Positions 41,206 through 51,147 are shown, counted from the stretch's first letter. The stretch: DNA of 64,000 bases from Clostridiales bacterium (GCA_019424245.1 JAHYZV010000009.1:5317-69316), one strand, 5' to 3'. The notes: generated by a model not told the origin, from the letters alone. Translations and numbers: made by a program.

Positions 41206-43047
41206 ATGGATAATAAAAGAGGTTCAAGGTTTTCAGGAGTGGGAATCTATCTGTTTATAGTTGTTATTGCGGCGATGTTTATTATGTATGTATCACGCAT
41301 GAATTCTGGAGCAAGTGATTACACATATAGTGAATTCGTAAATGATGTTAACAAAGGTAAAGTAGAAAGTGTCGTTATAAGACAGAACTCAGAGGTTCCT
41401 ACTGGTGAGTTATCTGTTAAAGTAAGCGGTGTACAGAATGTTAAGAATGTATATGTATCAGATGTTAACCAGGTAGAGGAAATATTACTTGATAAAAATA
41501 TATCTTATACACTTAAGGATGTAACAAGACAGAGTGTTTTTCTTACATCAATCCTTCCTTTTGGTCTTAGTCTTGTAGTGCTTATATTCTTTATGATGAT
41601 GTTTACAAGACAGGCCGGCGGTGGCGGTGGCAACGCTAAGATGATGAATTTTGGAAAAAGCCGTGCACGTATGGTAAGCGGTGAAGATAACAAGGTTACA
41701 TTTAAGGACGTAGCAGGTCTTAACGAAGAAAAAGAAGAACTTGAAGAAATAGTTGATTTCCTTAAGGACCCTGTAAGATATACATCACTCGGTGCAAGAA
41801 TACCTAAGGGTGTTATATTAACAGGTGCACCTGGTACAGGTAAGACACTTCTTGCAAAGGCTGTTGCCGGAGAGGCTAATGTTCCGTTCTTTAGCATATC
41901 TGGTTCCGACTTCGTTGAAATGTTTGTAGGTGTTGGTGCATCAAGAGTAAGAGATATGTTTGAAGAAGCAAAAAAGAATGCACCATGCATTATATTTATA
42001 GATGAGATAGATGCTGTTGCCAGAAGAAGAGGAACAGGCATGGGTGGCGGACATGATGAAAGAGAGCAGACACTTAACCAGATGCTTGTTGAGATGGATG
42101 GTTTCGGTGTGAATGAAGGCATCATCGTTATGGCAGCCACAAACAGAATAGATATCCTTGATCCAGCGATATTAAGACCAGGCAGATTCGACAGAAAGAT
42201 AGTTGTAGGAAGACCAGATGTACAGGGAAGACTTGAGATATTACAGGTACATGCGGCAAAGAAACCACTTGGTGATGATGTTGACCTTGAGAAGCTTGCA
42301 AGAACTTCAGCAGGCTTTACAGGAGCTGACCTTGAAAATGTATTGAATGAGGCAGCTATAGGAGCAGCAAGAAAGAAGTCAAAGTATATAACAAATGCTG
42401 ATGTAGAAGAGGCATTTATAAAGATAGGAATAGGTGTTGAAAAGAAGAGTAAGATTATCTCTGATAAGGAAAAGAAGATTACAGCATATCACGAATCAGG
42501 CCATGCTATATTGTTTCATCTCCTTCCAGATGTAGGTCCTGTACACACGATATCTATCATACCTACCGGCATGGGCGCAGCAGGTTACACTATGCCGCTT
42601 CCAGAGCGTGATGAGATGTTTAATACAAAGGGCAAGATGCTTCAGAATATTATAGTAAGTCTTGGTGGACGTGTGGCAGAGGAGCTTGTGTTTGATGATA
42701 TAACAACAGGGGCTTCACAGGATATAAAGCAGGCAACACAGACAGCAAGAGATATGGTTACAAAGTATGGTTTCTCAGAGAAGCTTGGACTCATAAATTA
42801 TGATACAGATAGTGATGAGGTATTTATCGGAAGAGATCTTGCACATACAAGACCATATGGTGAAGATGTTGCGGCACTTATCGATAAGGAAGTTAAGGAT
42901 ATAGTAGATGAGTGTTATGTTAAGGCTAAAAAGCTTATATCTGAGCACATGGATGTTCTTAAAAAGAGTTCAGAGCTTTTGCTTGAAAAAGAAAAGATAT
43001 CAAGAGAAGAATTTGAAGGACTTTTTACTGATAATGTAACAGTATAG
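41206..43047 (+). CDS. ftsH: ATP-dependent zinc metalloprotease FtsH
   Basis: Two TM helices, [20 protein letters not shown]. Confidence 0.98.
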   Translation: MDNKRGSRFSGVGIYLFIVVIAAMFIMYVSRMNSGASDYTYSEFVNDVNKGKVESVVIRQNSEVPTGELSVKVSGVQNVKNVYVSDVNQVEEILLDKNISYTLKDVTRQSVFLTSILPFGLSLVVLIFFMMMFTRQAGGGGGNAKMMNFGKSRARMVSGEDNKVTFKDVAGLNEEKEELEEIVDFLKDPVRYTSLGARIPKGVILTGAPGTGKTLLAKAVAGEANVPFFSISGSDFVEMFVGVGASRVRDMFEEAKKNAPCIIFIDEIDAVARRRGTGMGGGHDEREQTLNQMLVEMDGFGVNEGIIVMAATNRIDILDPAILRPGRFDRKIVVGRPDVQGRLEILQVHAAKKPLGDDVDLEKLARTSAGFTGADLENVLNEAAIGAARKKSKYITNADVEEAFIKIGIGVEKKSKIISDKEKKITAYHESGHAILFHLLPDVGPVHTISIIPTGMGAAGYTMPLPERDEMFNTKGKMLQNIIVSLGGRVAEELVFDDITTGASQDIKQATQTARDMVTKYGFSEKLGLINYDTDSDEVFIGRDLAHTRPYGEDVAALIDKEVKDIVDECYVKAKKLISEHMDVLKKSSELLLEKEKISREEFEGLFTDNVTV

Positions 43048-43120
43048 AGCAATAAGGGTATAGAATAATATGGGTATAGAGCTATGAAAATCCACATATT
43101 GTATTGATTTATAAACACAC

Positions 43121-43200
43121 AATGTGCAGTATGCACAAAAAAATATCACAATTATTGTGAAGTTTGTGAACACTTATGGGGCTTTGTATGATATTATAAT
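43121..43200 (+). promoter_or_regulatory. Sigma-A-like promoter with upstream palindromes
   Basis: TTGTGA(43164)-17 nt-TATGAT(43187) and a second TATAAT(43195); TGTGCA-GTA-TGCACA and TCACAATTATTGTGA palindromes upstream. Confidence 0.5.
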
Positions 43201-43300
43201 TAACGTAAAAACCCCCAATACATTATATATTTTTTGCTACACCCCATAATAAGTGAAATACCTTCTCCAAAAAGGACAGTCCCCCCAGACTGTCCTTTTT
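43201..43300 (+). ncRNA. Candidate C-rich (anti-SD) small RNA ending in an intrinsic terminator
   Basis: Promoter immediately upstream; no plausible CDS; CCCCC, CCCC, CCTTCTCC and CCCCCC tracts; 13-bp terminator stem at 43269-43300. Confidence 0.55.
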
Positions 43301-43434
43301 ACTTTATAATAAGAAGGCTGAAGAAAGTATTATGGTGGATGAATTAAAGAAATCTTAATAAATATATCTTATAGTTGAATAAATACCTTCAATGATATAA
43401 AATTATATGTGATTAATGTCAAGGAGCAGATTCT

Positions 43435-45549
43435 ATGATAATAAGCGCAGCAGTTGAAAATCTTGCATCGTGGGAAAAGAAGTTGTTGTATATGTGTAAT
43501 GCAAGACCTACCATCAATACAAGAGCTTTGTTTTCTGACGTTACAGAGGATTATAGAAGTCCGGCAGAGCCTATGCCGGGGGATACAGTAAAGATAAGAC
43601 TGAGAACAGGACGTTATAATGTAGATAAAGCGTATATATATGTAAATAATGTAGAATACCCTATGACAAGGATCAAGGCTGAGGGTCTTTTTGATTATTA
43701 TGAAGCAGACATTAAAGTTGGTGAAGAAAAGCTTTACTATTATTTTAAGGTTGAGACAGGAAAGGTCGTATGCTATTACAATCAGATAGGGGCGATAAAA
43801 GAACTTAATATATATTATAACTTCCAGATCATGCCAGGATTTAAAACACCTTCATGGGCTAAGGGAGCTGTTATGTACCAGATATTTGCAGACAGGTTTT
43901 ATGATGGTGATAAGTCTAATAATGTACTGGATAATGAGTACAGCTATATAGGAGAGCATGTCTGTCAGGTAAAAGACTGGGACAAGTATCCTGCATCTAT
44001 GGGAGTAAGGGAATTTTATGGTGGAGATTTAAAAGGAGTACTGGATAAGCTTGATTATCTAAGCGATTTAGGTATCGAGGTTATATATTTTAATCCTTTG
44101 TTTGTTTCACCATCCAACCACAAATACGATATCCAGGATTATGATTATATAGATCCACATTTTGGAGTGATAAGAAAAGATGATGGAGAACTTCTTAGTG
44201 ATGGTGACCAGAACAATACACATGCAACACGCTATATAAACAGAGTTGCAAGCAGGGAGAATCTGGAAGCTAGTAACAGCTTTTTTGCAGAAGTTGTAAG
44301 ACAGATTCATGAAAGAGGCATGAAAGTTATAATAGATGGCGTATTTAATCATTGTGGTTCATTCAACAAATGGATGGACAGAGAGCATATATACAGCTCA
44401 AGCGATGATGTTTATGAGTGTGGAGCATATGAAAAATACGAGAGTCCATATCACAGTTTCTTTAAGTTTTATGGTAATCAATGGCCAGACAATGGTTCAT
44501 ATGACGGCTGGTGGGGGCATGATACGCTTCCTAAGCTTAACTATGAGGAATCAAAGGAGCTTGAGAATTATATACTTGATATAGGTAAAAAATGGGTATC
44601 AGAGCCTTATAATGTTGATGGCTGGAGACTTGATGTTGCAGCGGATCTTGGATATAGCAAAGAGTATAATCATGAGTTCTGGAGAAAGTTCAGAAAGGCT
44701 GTTAAGGAAGCCAATCCAGAAGCTATAATCCTTGCTGAGAATTATGGAGATTCATATGACTGGCTGCAGGGAGACGAATGGGATACGATCATGAACTATG
44801 ATGCATTCATGGAGCCAGTGACATGGTTTCTTACAGGAATGGAAAAGCATAGCGATGAAATGCGCCCGGATTCATTAGGCAATCCTGCTTATTTCTTTGG
44901 TGCAATGCATCATAATATGGCACGAATGGGTGGACAGAGCTTTGCCATATCCATGAATGAACTGTCAAATCATGATCATTCAAGATTCCTTACAAGAACT
45001 AATCACGTTGTAGGAAGGGTTGCAGATTTAGGACCGGATGCAGCTAACCAGAATGTAAATAAAGCAGTATTTATGGAGGCGGTCGTTATACAGATGACCT
45101 GGCCTGGTGCACCAACAATATACTATGGAGACGAAGCAGGTGTATGTGGATTTACAGATCCTGATAATAGAAGAACATATCCATGGGGACATGAGGATAA
45201 GGAGCTTATTCAGTTCCATAAGGATGTTATAAAGATGCATAAGGAGAATGAAGTGCTTAGAACAGGTTCGTATAAGCAGCTTTGTTCAGAACACAATGTT
45301 ATTGCATATGGAAGATTCAATATGAATGATGCAGTTGTTGTGGTTGTTAACAACGGCGAAGATGAAACAAGAGTAAAGGTTCCTGTATGGGAAACCGGAC
45401 TTGGCATGGATGAGGATGTTGAACAGATAATGGTGACATTTGATGGTGGATATACTATAGACAGGCAGGGATACAGGCTTAAGGATGGAAAGCTTGATAT
45501 AGGATTAAGAAAAACATCGGCAGTAGTGTTAAGAAAACTTCGCTGGTAG
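43435..45549 (+). CDS. GH13 neopullulanase/cyclomaltodextrinase-like alpha-glucan hydrolase
   Basis: YQIFADRF, GGDLKG, DGVFNH, GWRLDVA (nucleophile), AE, NHD, YYGDE. Confidence 0.93.
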   Translation: MIISAAVENLASWEKKLLYMCNARPTINTRALFSDVTEDYRSPAEPMPGDTVKIRLRTGRYNVDKAYIYVNNVEYPMTRIKAEGLFDYYEADIKVGEEKLYYYFKVETGKVVCYYNQIGAIKELNIYYNFQIMPGFKTPSWAKGAVMYQIFADRFYDGDKSNNVLDNEYSYIGEHVCQVKDWDKYPASMGVREFYGGDLKGVLDKLDYLSDLGIEVIYFNPLFVSPSNHKYDIQDYDYIDPHFGVIRKDDGELLSDGDQNNTHATRYINRVASRENLEASNSFFAEVVRQIHERGMKVIIDGVFNHCGSFNKWMDREHIYSSSDDVYECGAYEKYESPYHSFFKFYGNQWPDNGSYDGWWGHDTLPKLNYEESKELENYILDIGKKWVSEPYNVDGWRLDVAADLGYSKEYNHEFWRKFRKAVKEANPEAIILAENYGDSYDWLQGDEWDTIMNYDAFMEPVTWFLTGMEKHSDEMRPDSLGNPAYFFGAMHHNMARMGGQSFAISMNELSNHDHSRFLTRTNHVVGRVADLGPDAANQNVNKAVFMEAVVIQMTWPGAPTIYYGDEAGVCGFTDPDNRRTYPWGHEDKELIQFHKDVIKMHKENEVLRTGSYKQLCSEHNVIAYGRFNMNDAVVVVVNNGEDETRVKVPVWETGLGMDEDVEQIMVTFDGGYTIDRQGYRLKDGKLDIGLRKTSAVVLRKLRW

Positions 45550-45572
45550 GAAATTAAGAAATGGAGTCAGAT

Positions 45573-46478
45573 ATGGCAGCAGATAATAATGATGGAAAGA
45601 AGATACAGCTTAACCGTAAAATGAGATTATGGAATAAGTATAAGAATCCAATAATCGGAGCTGTGTCGGTTATAGTTATAGTAATAGCAGCAGTAGTAGT
45701 ATTAAGAGCATGCAGTGTTGGAAAACCGGATGGCAGTGGAAAACCGGATAATAAGAATAACAACAGCACAACAATGTCAGCTTCTGCAGATAAAACAGAA
45801 ATACAGACCACAGCAGGCAGTACACAGGAGACAACAGCTTCTGTAAATGATAATACAACACAGACAACAGCAGCTATGGCTTCTAACGGAAGTGTTGTAA
45901 AGATAACAGATCCTGCGGATGAAGAAGAATATTCAACAAATGATTTATATGCGGACACAGTTCTTTTTGGAGATATGATTATAGAAGGTATACAGGATTA
46001 CGGATATCTTGGTACAGGCAATATCGTGTCAGATAATAATCTTACAACAGATAAGGCTCATAATTATATATCAGATGTTAAAGACAGAACACCATCCAAA
46101 ATATTCCTGCTTGTAGGACTTAATGACCTTAACTATGGAACAAGATCAGGAACGGATGTTGCAGAAAGAATAGAGAACTTAGTAGCAGCACTTAAAGAAA
46201 ATATTCCATCGGCAAAGATATATGTTGTTTCATTACTTCCTGTTACAGAAAGCTTTGAAGCAAAATCATCAGTTAAGATTAAACAGTCGGACATAAATGA
46301 TGCGAATAAGAAGCTTGCAGAAGATGCAACAACAATGGGTGCTGTGTTTGTAGATATAGCAGATTCATTTAAAGATGGTTCTGGCTATCTGAATACAAAA
46401 TATTCAACAGGTGGATATAATCTTAATCATAATTATTATCCATTTTTCCTGAATAAGTTAGCAGGAGCGGCTAAATAA
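45573..46478 (+). CDS. Membrane-anchored SGNH/GDSL-fold protein, catalytic residues apparently lost
   Basis: TM helix and S/T/N linker; LFGDM (block I), VGLND (block III), TGGYNLN (block V). Confidence 0.72.
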   Translation: MAADNNDGKKIQLNRKMRLWNKYKNPIIGAVSVIVIVIAAVVVLRACSVGKPDGSGKPDNKNNNSTTMSASADKTEIQTTAGSTQETTASVNDNTTQTTAAMASNGSVVKITDPADEEEYSTNDLYADTVLFGDMIIEGIQDYGYLGTGNIVSDNNLTTDKAHNYISDVKDRTPSKIFLLVGLNDLNYGTRSGTDVAERIENLVAALKENIPSAKIYVVSLLPVTESFEAKSSVKIKQSDINDANKKLAEDATTMGAVFVDIADSFKDGSGYLNTKYSTGGYNLNHNYYPFFLNKLAGAAK

Positions 46479-47176
46479 TGAAATTCTATGTAATGACACT
46501 TTTTCCACAGATGATTCTGGATGGACTAAATACGAGTATCACAGGTAGAGCGATTGAATCGGGTGCACTGTGTGTAGAGGCAGTAGATATAAGGGACTTT
46601 TCGCAGAACAAGCATATGAAGGTTGATGATTATCCATATGGCGGTGGAGCCGGCATGGTCATGCAGGCAGGACCGGTGTGTGATGCATATGAAAGTATTG
46701 CTGCAGGATGCAAAAAAAGACCGAGAGTGGTATATATGACTCCGCAGGGGCATACATTCAACCAGAGTATGGCAGAAGAGTTCGCAAAGGAAGAAGAACT
46801 TGTTATATTATGTGGACATTATGAGGGCATAGATGAAAGAGCATTAGAGCTTATAGTAACAGATTATGTTTCTATAGGTGATTATGTCCTGACAGGCGGA
46901 GAATTGCCAGCCATGGTTGTTATTGATTCTGTATCACGTCTTGTTCCGGGTGTGTTAAACAATGAAGAATCAGCACAGACAGAAAGCTTTTCGGATGGAC
47001 TGCTTGAGTATCCGCAGTATACAAGACCGGCAGAATATAAGGGACTTAAGGTGCCGGATGTACTTCTTTCAGGACACCATGGAAAGATAGAAGAGTGGAG
47101 ACATAAGAAATCCTTAGAAAGAACGCAGCAGTTCAGACCTGATATGTATGAAAAGTATATGAATAAAGAAAAATAA
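46478..47176 (+). CDS. trmD: tRNA (guanine-N1)-methyltransferase
   Basis: DDYPYGGGAGMV, CGHYEGIDER, SIGDYVLTGGE. Confidence 0.97.
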   Translation: MKFYVMTLFPQMILDGLNTSITGRAIESGALCVEAVDIRDFSQNKHMKVDDYPYGGGAGMVMQAGPVCDAYESIAAGCKKRPRVVYMTPQGHTFNQSMAEEFAKEEELVILCGHYEGIDERALELIVTDYVSIGDYVLTGGELPAMVVIDSVSRLVPGVLNNEESAQTESFSDGLLEYPQYTRPAEYKGLKVPDVLLSGHHGKIEEWRHKKSLERTQQFRPDMYEKYMNKEK

Positions 47177-47187
47177 AAGAGAAATAT

Positions 47188-47261
47188 AAGCTGTTTAGGT
47201 ATGAACGCTTAAAACAGCTTAAGGATTATATTAATGGTGTCAGGGGCTGCCCTGACATCAT
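47188..47261. terminator. Two tandem hairpins after trmD
   Basis: AAGCTGTTT...AAACAGCTT and ATGGTGTCAGGG-GCTG-CCCTGACATCAT. Confidence 0.55.
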
Positions 47262-47288
47262 ATAAAAACAGTCAGACAATAACTATAG

Positions 47289-47346
47289 GATAATAACTTA
47301 AAAACGAAGATAATAACGTGAAGATAATAACAGAGAAGATAATAAC
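47289..47346 (+). repeat. Short direct repeats GAAGATAATAAC upstream of the tRNA promoter region
   Basis: Exact copies at 47306, 47320 and 47335; partial GATAATAAC at 47289. Confidence 0.8.
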
Positions 47347-47480
47347 TTGAAAAATGCAGTTGACTAGTATGATGTAAGTATGATAATATATTCAAGTATT
47401 TGATGATAGAGAGTGTTTATTGCTTGTGTCAGTGATATGAGGTTAATATGACCACCATGATTAACAGATGATCACAATAT

Positions 47481-47553
<73 letters not shown>

Positions 47554-47579
47554 CTTATATATAATTATATATACATTAT

Positions 47580-47650
47580 GCGGGTGTAGTTCAATGGTAG
47601 AACACTAGCCTTCCAAGCTAGATACGTGGGTTCGATTCCCATCACCCGCT
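47580..47650 (+). tRNA. tRNA-Gly(TCC)
   Basis: GCGGGTG/CACCCGC acceptor stem, CTTCCAA anticodon loop, GGTTCGATTCC; CCA not encoded. Confidence 0.97.
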
Positions 47651-47794
47651 TTTTTTAATAAAACCAGAGAAAATATTAATGAACATAAGATAAGAAGGAT
47701 GTACAAGGTATAAAGGGTAACATAGCTATGTTTCTATTTTGACTTGTCATTTTTTTAACAAACAAGAGTGATGATTAGCTTACCGGAGGCTGTT

Positions 47795-49609
47795 ATGGAA
47801 AAGATTGCTAAATATTATAATGTTAACGCTGACATTATAGTAAGTGAGTATATGAACATTGTTAAGGCAGATGAAAGTCTTTTTATGTTTCTTGGTGAAA
47901 CATCGAATCTTATATTTACACATGCTATTTACCCAGAAGATGTAGTAAAGTTTGAAACAGCAATAAAGGAAGTAGATGAGGGAGAACAGGTATATGTGTC
48001 TATCAGATTAAAAAGCCGTGATAGTGATTACAGATGGATGCGTGTTTTTATAAAACCATATCATGATAAGACATCAGGAAGGTATTATAATCTTGAAATC
48101 ACAGATATGTATACCTTAAAAAGACAGAATGAGGAGCTTAAACAGATATCAGAGATACAGACAGAATTCTTAAGTATTATAGGAGATTATCTTTTTACGT
48201 ATAATATAAGCAAAGATTCTTTAAGAATAATATTACCAGGCAATGGAAGTCAGACGATAGTATTATATGAGGGAAAACTTGGTGTATGGAGCAGTGAGAA
48301 GCTTGATAACAGCATGATTGACAGTCATAGCATAAAGGATTTTGAAGGTCTGTGCATGGCTATAGCATCGGGCGAGTCTTATTTTACAAGAGATATAAAG
48401 ATGAAGCTTGCAGATTATGATGAAGCAGCATACTGGTATACATTTAAGGGTAAAAGAATACATAGGAATGATGGTGAGAATATAATAGCGGGGGCTATAA
48501 GTCTTACACAAAACAAAGAATATCCAGCTGAAGATGTTTCTGTACAGGATGAGCTAAGAGATGCAGGAACAGAGCTTCTTAATAAAAAAGCAATTACCAA
48601 TTATGCTAAAAAACTCATAGATAAGAGAGTGAATCATAAGGTAACGATTGCCATTATAGATATAGATGATTTTAAAACCATCAACGATACATATGGACAT
48701 ATGTTTGGTGATGAGGTGCTGCGTGATGTTGCACAGATATTAAGGGAAGCTGTCGGTCACAATGGTATGTGTGGACGTATAGGCGGAGATGAAATGTTTA
48801 TTGTTATGGAGCATTTTGAAGATGATGAATCTATAAGAAGCATACTTCGTACTATAAAGAATAATATATCGTGGCTGTATCATGATGATGTAAGGGATAT
48901 TAACAAGATTACATGCTCAATAGGTACTGCCTCATATCCTGATGATGCAAGTGATTTTGATAAGCTGTTTCTGATAGCTGATAAAATGCTGTATCTTGCT
49001 AAGGAAAAGGGAAAAAACAGATATATCATATATCATCCTGATCTTCACCAAAGCTATATAATGAGTGATGAGGTTGTAGCGACAACTGAGAAGGTCTTTT
49101 ATAAATACAGAAAACTTAGTATAGTTAACGATTTTATCCAGCAGTATATATGTAAGACAAGGGATTCTAGAGAATGTCTTGATATGATTATGTCAGCATT
49201 TGAGATAGACAGTATATTTTTATATGATATGTATGATGACAAGAGATATGTGTTAGCTGGTACTGTTCCAGAACTTGAGGAAAATGGTGAATTTTTAAAG
49301 GAAGATAATTATATACCGGATTTCAGGGATGATGGAATAAAGACAATAGAGAATATTATTCTCTATGAACGTAAAGCACCACATATGTTTAAAGCGTATG
49401 ATACGATGGGCATCAAACAGCTGATACAGGTTGTTGCGTGTGTTGACAGAACAATTATAAATAACGGTAAAAATAATTTCTGCGTTATATCTTTTAACAG
49501 AAACAGACAGCTGAAAAAATGGCCAGAGGTTGATATAGATTATCTGGGGATTATAGGTAATGTAATTGGTGAAGAATATCTGAAAGAGAAGAAAAAGAAT
49601 GATAGATAG
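47795..49609 (+). CDS. Diguanylate cyclase-like protein (PAS-like + GGDEF + C-terminal GAF-like region)
   Basis: DIDDFKTINDTYGHMFGD, RIGGDEM, ADKMLYLAKEKGKN; GGAGG RBS before ATG 47795 (track start 47768). Confidence 0.88.
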   Translation: MEKIAKYYNVNADIIVSEYMNIVKADESLFMFLGETSNLIFTHAIYPEDVVKFETAIKEVDEGEQVYVSIRLKSRDSDYRWMRVFIKPYHDKTSGRYYNLEITDMYTLKRQNEELKQISEIQTEFLSIIGDYLFTYNISKDSLRIILPGNGSQTIVLYEGKLGVWSSEKLDNSMIDSHSIKDFEGLCMAIASGESYFTRDIKMKLADYDEAAYWYTFKGKRIHRNDGENIIAGAISLTQNKEYPAEDVSVQDELRDAGTELLNKKAITNYAKKLIDKRVNHKVTIAIIDIDDFKTINDTYGHMFGDEVLRDVAQILREAVGHNGMCGRIGGDEMFIVMEHFEDDESIRSILRTIKNNISWLYHDDVRDINKITCSIGTASYPDDASDFDKLFLIADKMLYLAKEKGKNRYIIYHPDLHQSYIMSDEVVATTEKVFYKYRKLSIVNDFIQQYICKTRDSRECLDMIMSAFEIDSIFLYDMYDDKRYVLAGTVPELEENGEFLKEDNYIPDFRDDGIKTIENIILYERKAPHMFKAYDTMGIKQLIQVVACVDRTIINNGKNNFCVISFNRNRQLKKWPEVDIDYLGIIGNVIGEEYLKEKKKNDR

Positions 49610-50300
49610 TTACATAGCGCTGGATCTTGAGACAACTGGTCTTAATCCGGCATATGACAGGATAATAGAAATAGGTATGGCAAAAGTAGAGCAGGGCAAT
49701 GTGGCTGCTACATATTCTACGCTTATTAATCCTGGGATAACTGTTGGTGAACGTGTTGTAGAGCTGACAGGAATACATAACAATGAGCTTACGGATAAAC
49801 CAAGGATAGAAGATGAAATCAGGAATATTCTTGATTTTATAGGAGATTATCCGATACTTGGACATAATATAATATTTGATTACAGCTTTTTAAAGAAAGC
49901 TGCGATTAATAATAATATTACATTCAGTGTTAAAGGCATAGATACACTTAAAATGGCAAGAAGGATACTTCCAGAGCTGGAGCATAAGAAGCTTGATTAT
50001 CTATGTGAGTATCTTAAGGTCGATCCTGGCAGTTCACACAGGGCTTTAGATGATGCACTTAGTGCAAGTGCCATATACTGGAAAATGTATCAGATAAAAG
50101 CAGATGATTCCGGGTTTGAGACAGCTGCAGAGCTAGTATATAATGTTAAGAAGGATAGCCCGATAACAGAGGCACAGAAGAATTATCTTACAGCACTTGT
50201 TAAGAAACACAATATAGTTCTGGATATTCCTGTTGAAGAGATGACTAAGAGCATAGCATCCAGAAACATAGACAGGATTATATCAGAATATGGTAAGTAG
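49599..50300 (+). CDS. DEDDh 3'-5' exonuclease (DnaQ/PolC-exo-like)
   Basis: DLETTG, GHNIIFD, DTL, HRALDDA. Confidence 0.92.
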   Translation: MIDSYIALDLETTGLNPAYDRIIEIGMAKVEQGNVAATYSTLINPGITVGERVVELTGIHNNELTDKPRIEDEIRNILDFIGDYPILGHNIIFDYSFLKKAAINNNITFSVKGIDTLKMARRILPELEHKKLDYLCEYLKVDPGSSHRALDDALSASAIYWKMYQIKADDSGFETAAELVYNVKKDSPITEAQKNYLTALVKKHNIVLDIPVEEMTKSIASRNIDRIISEYGK

Positions 50301-50338
50301 GACACGGTATTTTATGGTGTTGGATTTATGAGATTATT

Positions 50339-50378
50339 AGGCTTGCTTCGTTGCTTTGCAATGGAGCAAGCCTTTTTT
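50339..50378 (+). terminator. Intrinsic terminator
   Basis: AGGCTTGCTTCGTTGC-TTT-GCAATGGAGCAAGCC followed by T6. Confidence 0.85.
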
Positions 50379-50385
50379 CTATACG

Positions 50386-51003
50386 CTAATCATTAAGCAG
50401 ATTTATAATCAGCTCTTTGTTGACAGACTTAATCAAGGAAGCATACTGTCTGAGCTTCTCTACTTTTTCTGTATGATTCTGGCTTATATATATATCCTTT
50501 AAATCAGCATAGCATGAGCGGATATCTGAACCAATGCGTATACTATATTCAAGATAATGTGTGGCATCAGTGATATCATCCTGCTCTTTAAGAATATGTC
50601 CAAGGATCGCAAGATTCTTTATAAGCAGTGTGTAATTATCTTCATACTCTGTAAGAGCCTCAAGATTAGCAACGCCATACTTAAGCTTTAAATCAGTGTT
50701 CGAATATTCTGTAAGGTTAATTATATTTTTATCCTTAACAGATATGATTTTATTGTATGCGCTGTCAGCCTCCGGGTTGTTTTTTAGAATATCTGACAGT
50801 AAAGTGTTATTTTCTTTAACAGGAAGAGTTGTGTCCCATTCGATATATTTTAAAGTACTTATATCTTTCTTTCTTGTTGCGTTAGCTTTTTGCTCGCGTT
50901 CCCAGAACTTTTTAATGTTATTTTTCTGTGAAGTATCACTTTTTTTAATATAAAGTTGAATTGCAACTAATATTATTATAAAATAAGGCAATATAAAATG
51001 CAT
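50386..51003 (-). CDS. Hypothetical membrane-anchored protein with a TPR-like C-terminus
   Basis: AAGGAG RBS; N-terminal TM helix; FWEREQKANATRKKDI and NTDLKLKYG segments. Confidence 0.78.
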   Translation of the reverse strand: MHFILPYFIIILVAIQLYIKKSDTSQKNNIKKFWEREQKANATRKKDISTLKYIEWDTTLPVKENNTLLSDILKNNPEADSAYNKIISVKDKNIINLTEYSNTDLKLKYGVANLEALTEYEDNYTLLIKNLAILGHILKEQDDITDATHYLEYSIRIGSDIRSCYADLKDIYISQNHTEKVEKLRQYASLIKSVNKELIINLLND

Positions 51004-51039
51004 ATTAAACTCCTTGATGTATGCAGAAAAGAGGATATC

Positions 51040-51147
51040 ATGATTAATTTAAAGAATAACAAAACTAAAAGGGTTGTTGCAGCGGTTATAGTAGTCATTC
51101 TTATACTTGCGATGGTGCTTCCAATGGCAGTTTCAGCACTTATCTAG
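51040..51147 (+). CDS. Small single-TM protein (35 aa), absent from the ORF track
   Basis: GAGG RBS; MINLKNNKTKRVVAAVIVVILILAMVLPMAVSALI*. Confidence 0.7.
   Translation: MINLKNNKTKRVVAAVIVVILILAMVLPMAVSALI

Noticed and set aside
41505..42140. Long antisense ORFs such as this 211-aa one in ftsH (similar ones in gdpP, sua5, atpF, PBP, SulP and mutS2)
   Set aside because: Expected from codon bias on the opposite strand of conserved genes; no RBS or domains
47277..47346. Regularly spaced repeats as a possible CRISPR array
   Set aside because: 12-bp repeats with 2-5 bp gaps are far too short, and there are no cas genes in the window
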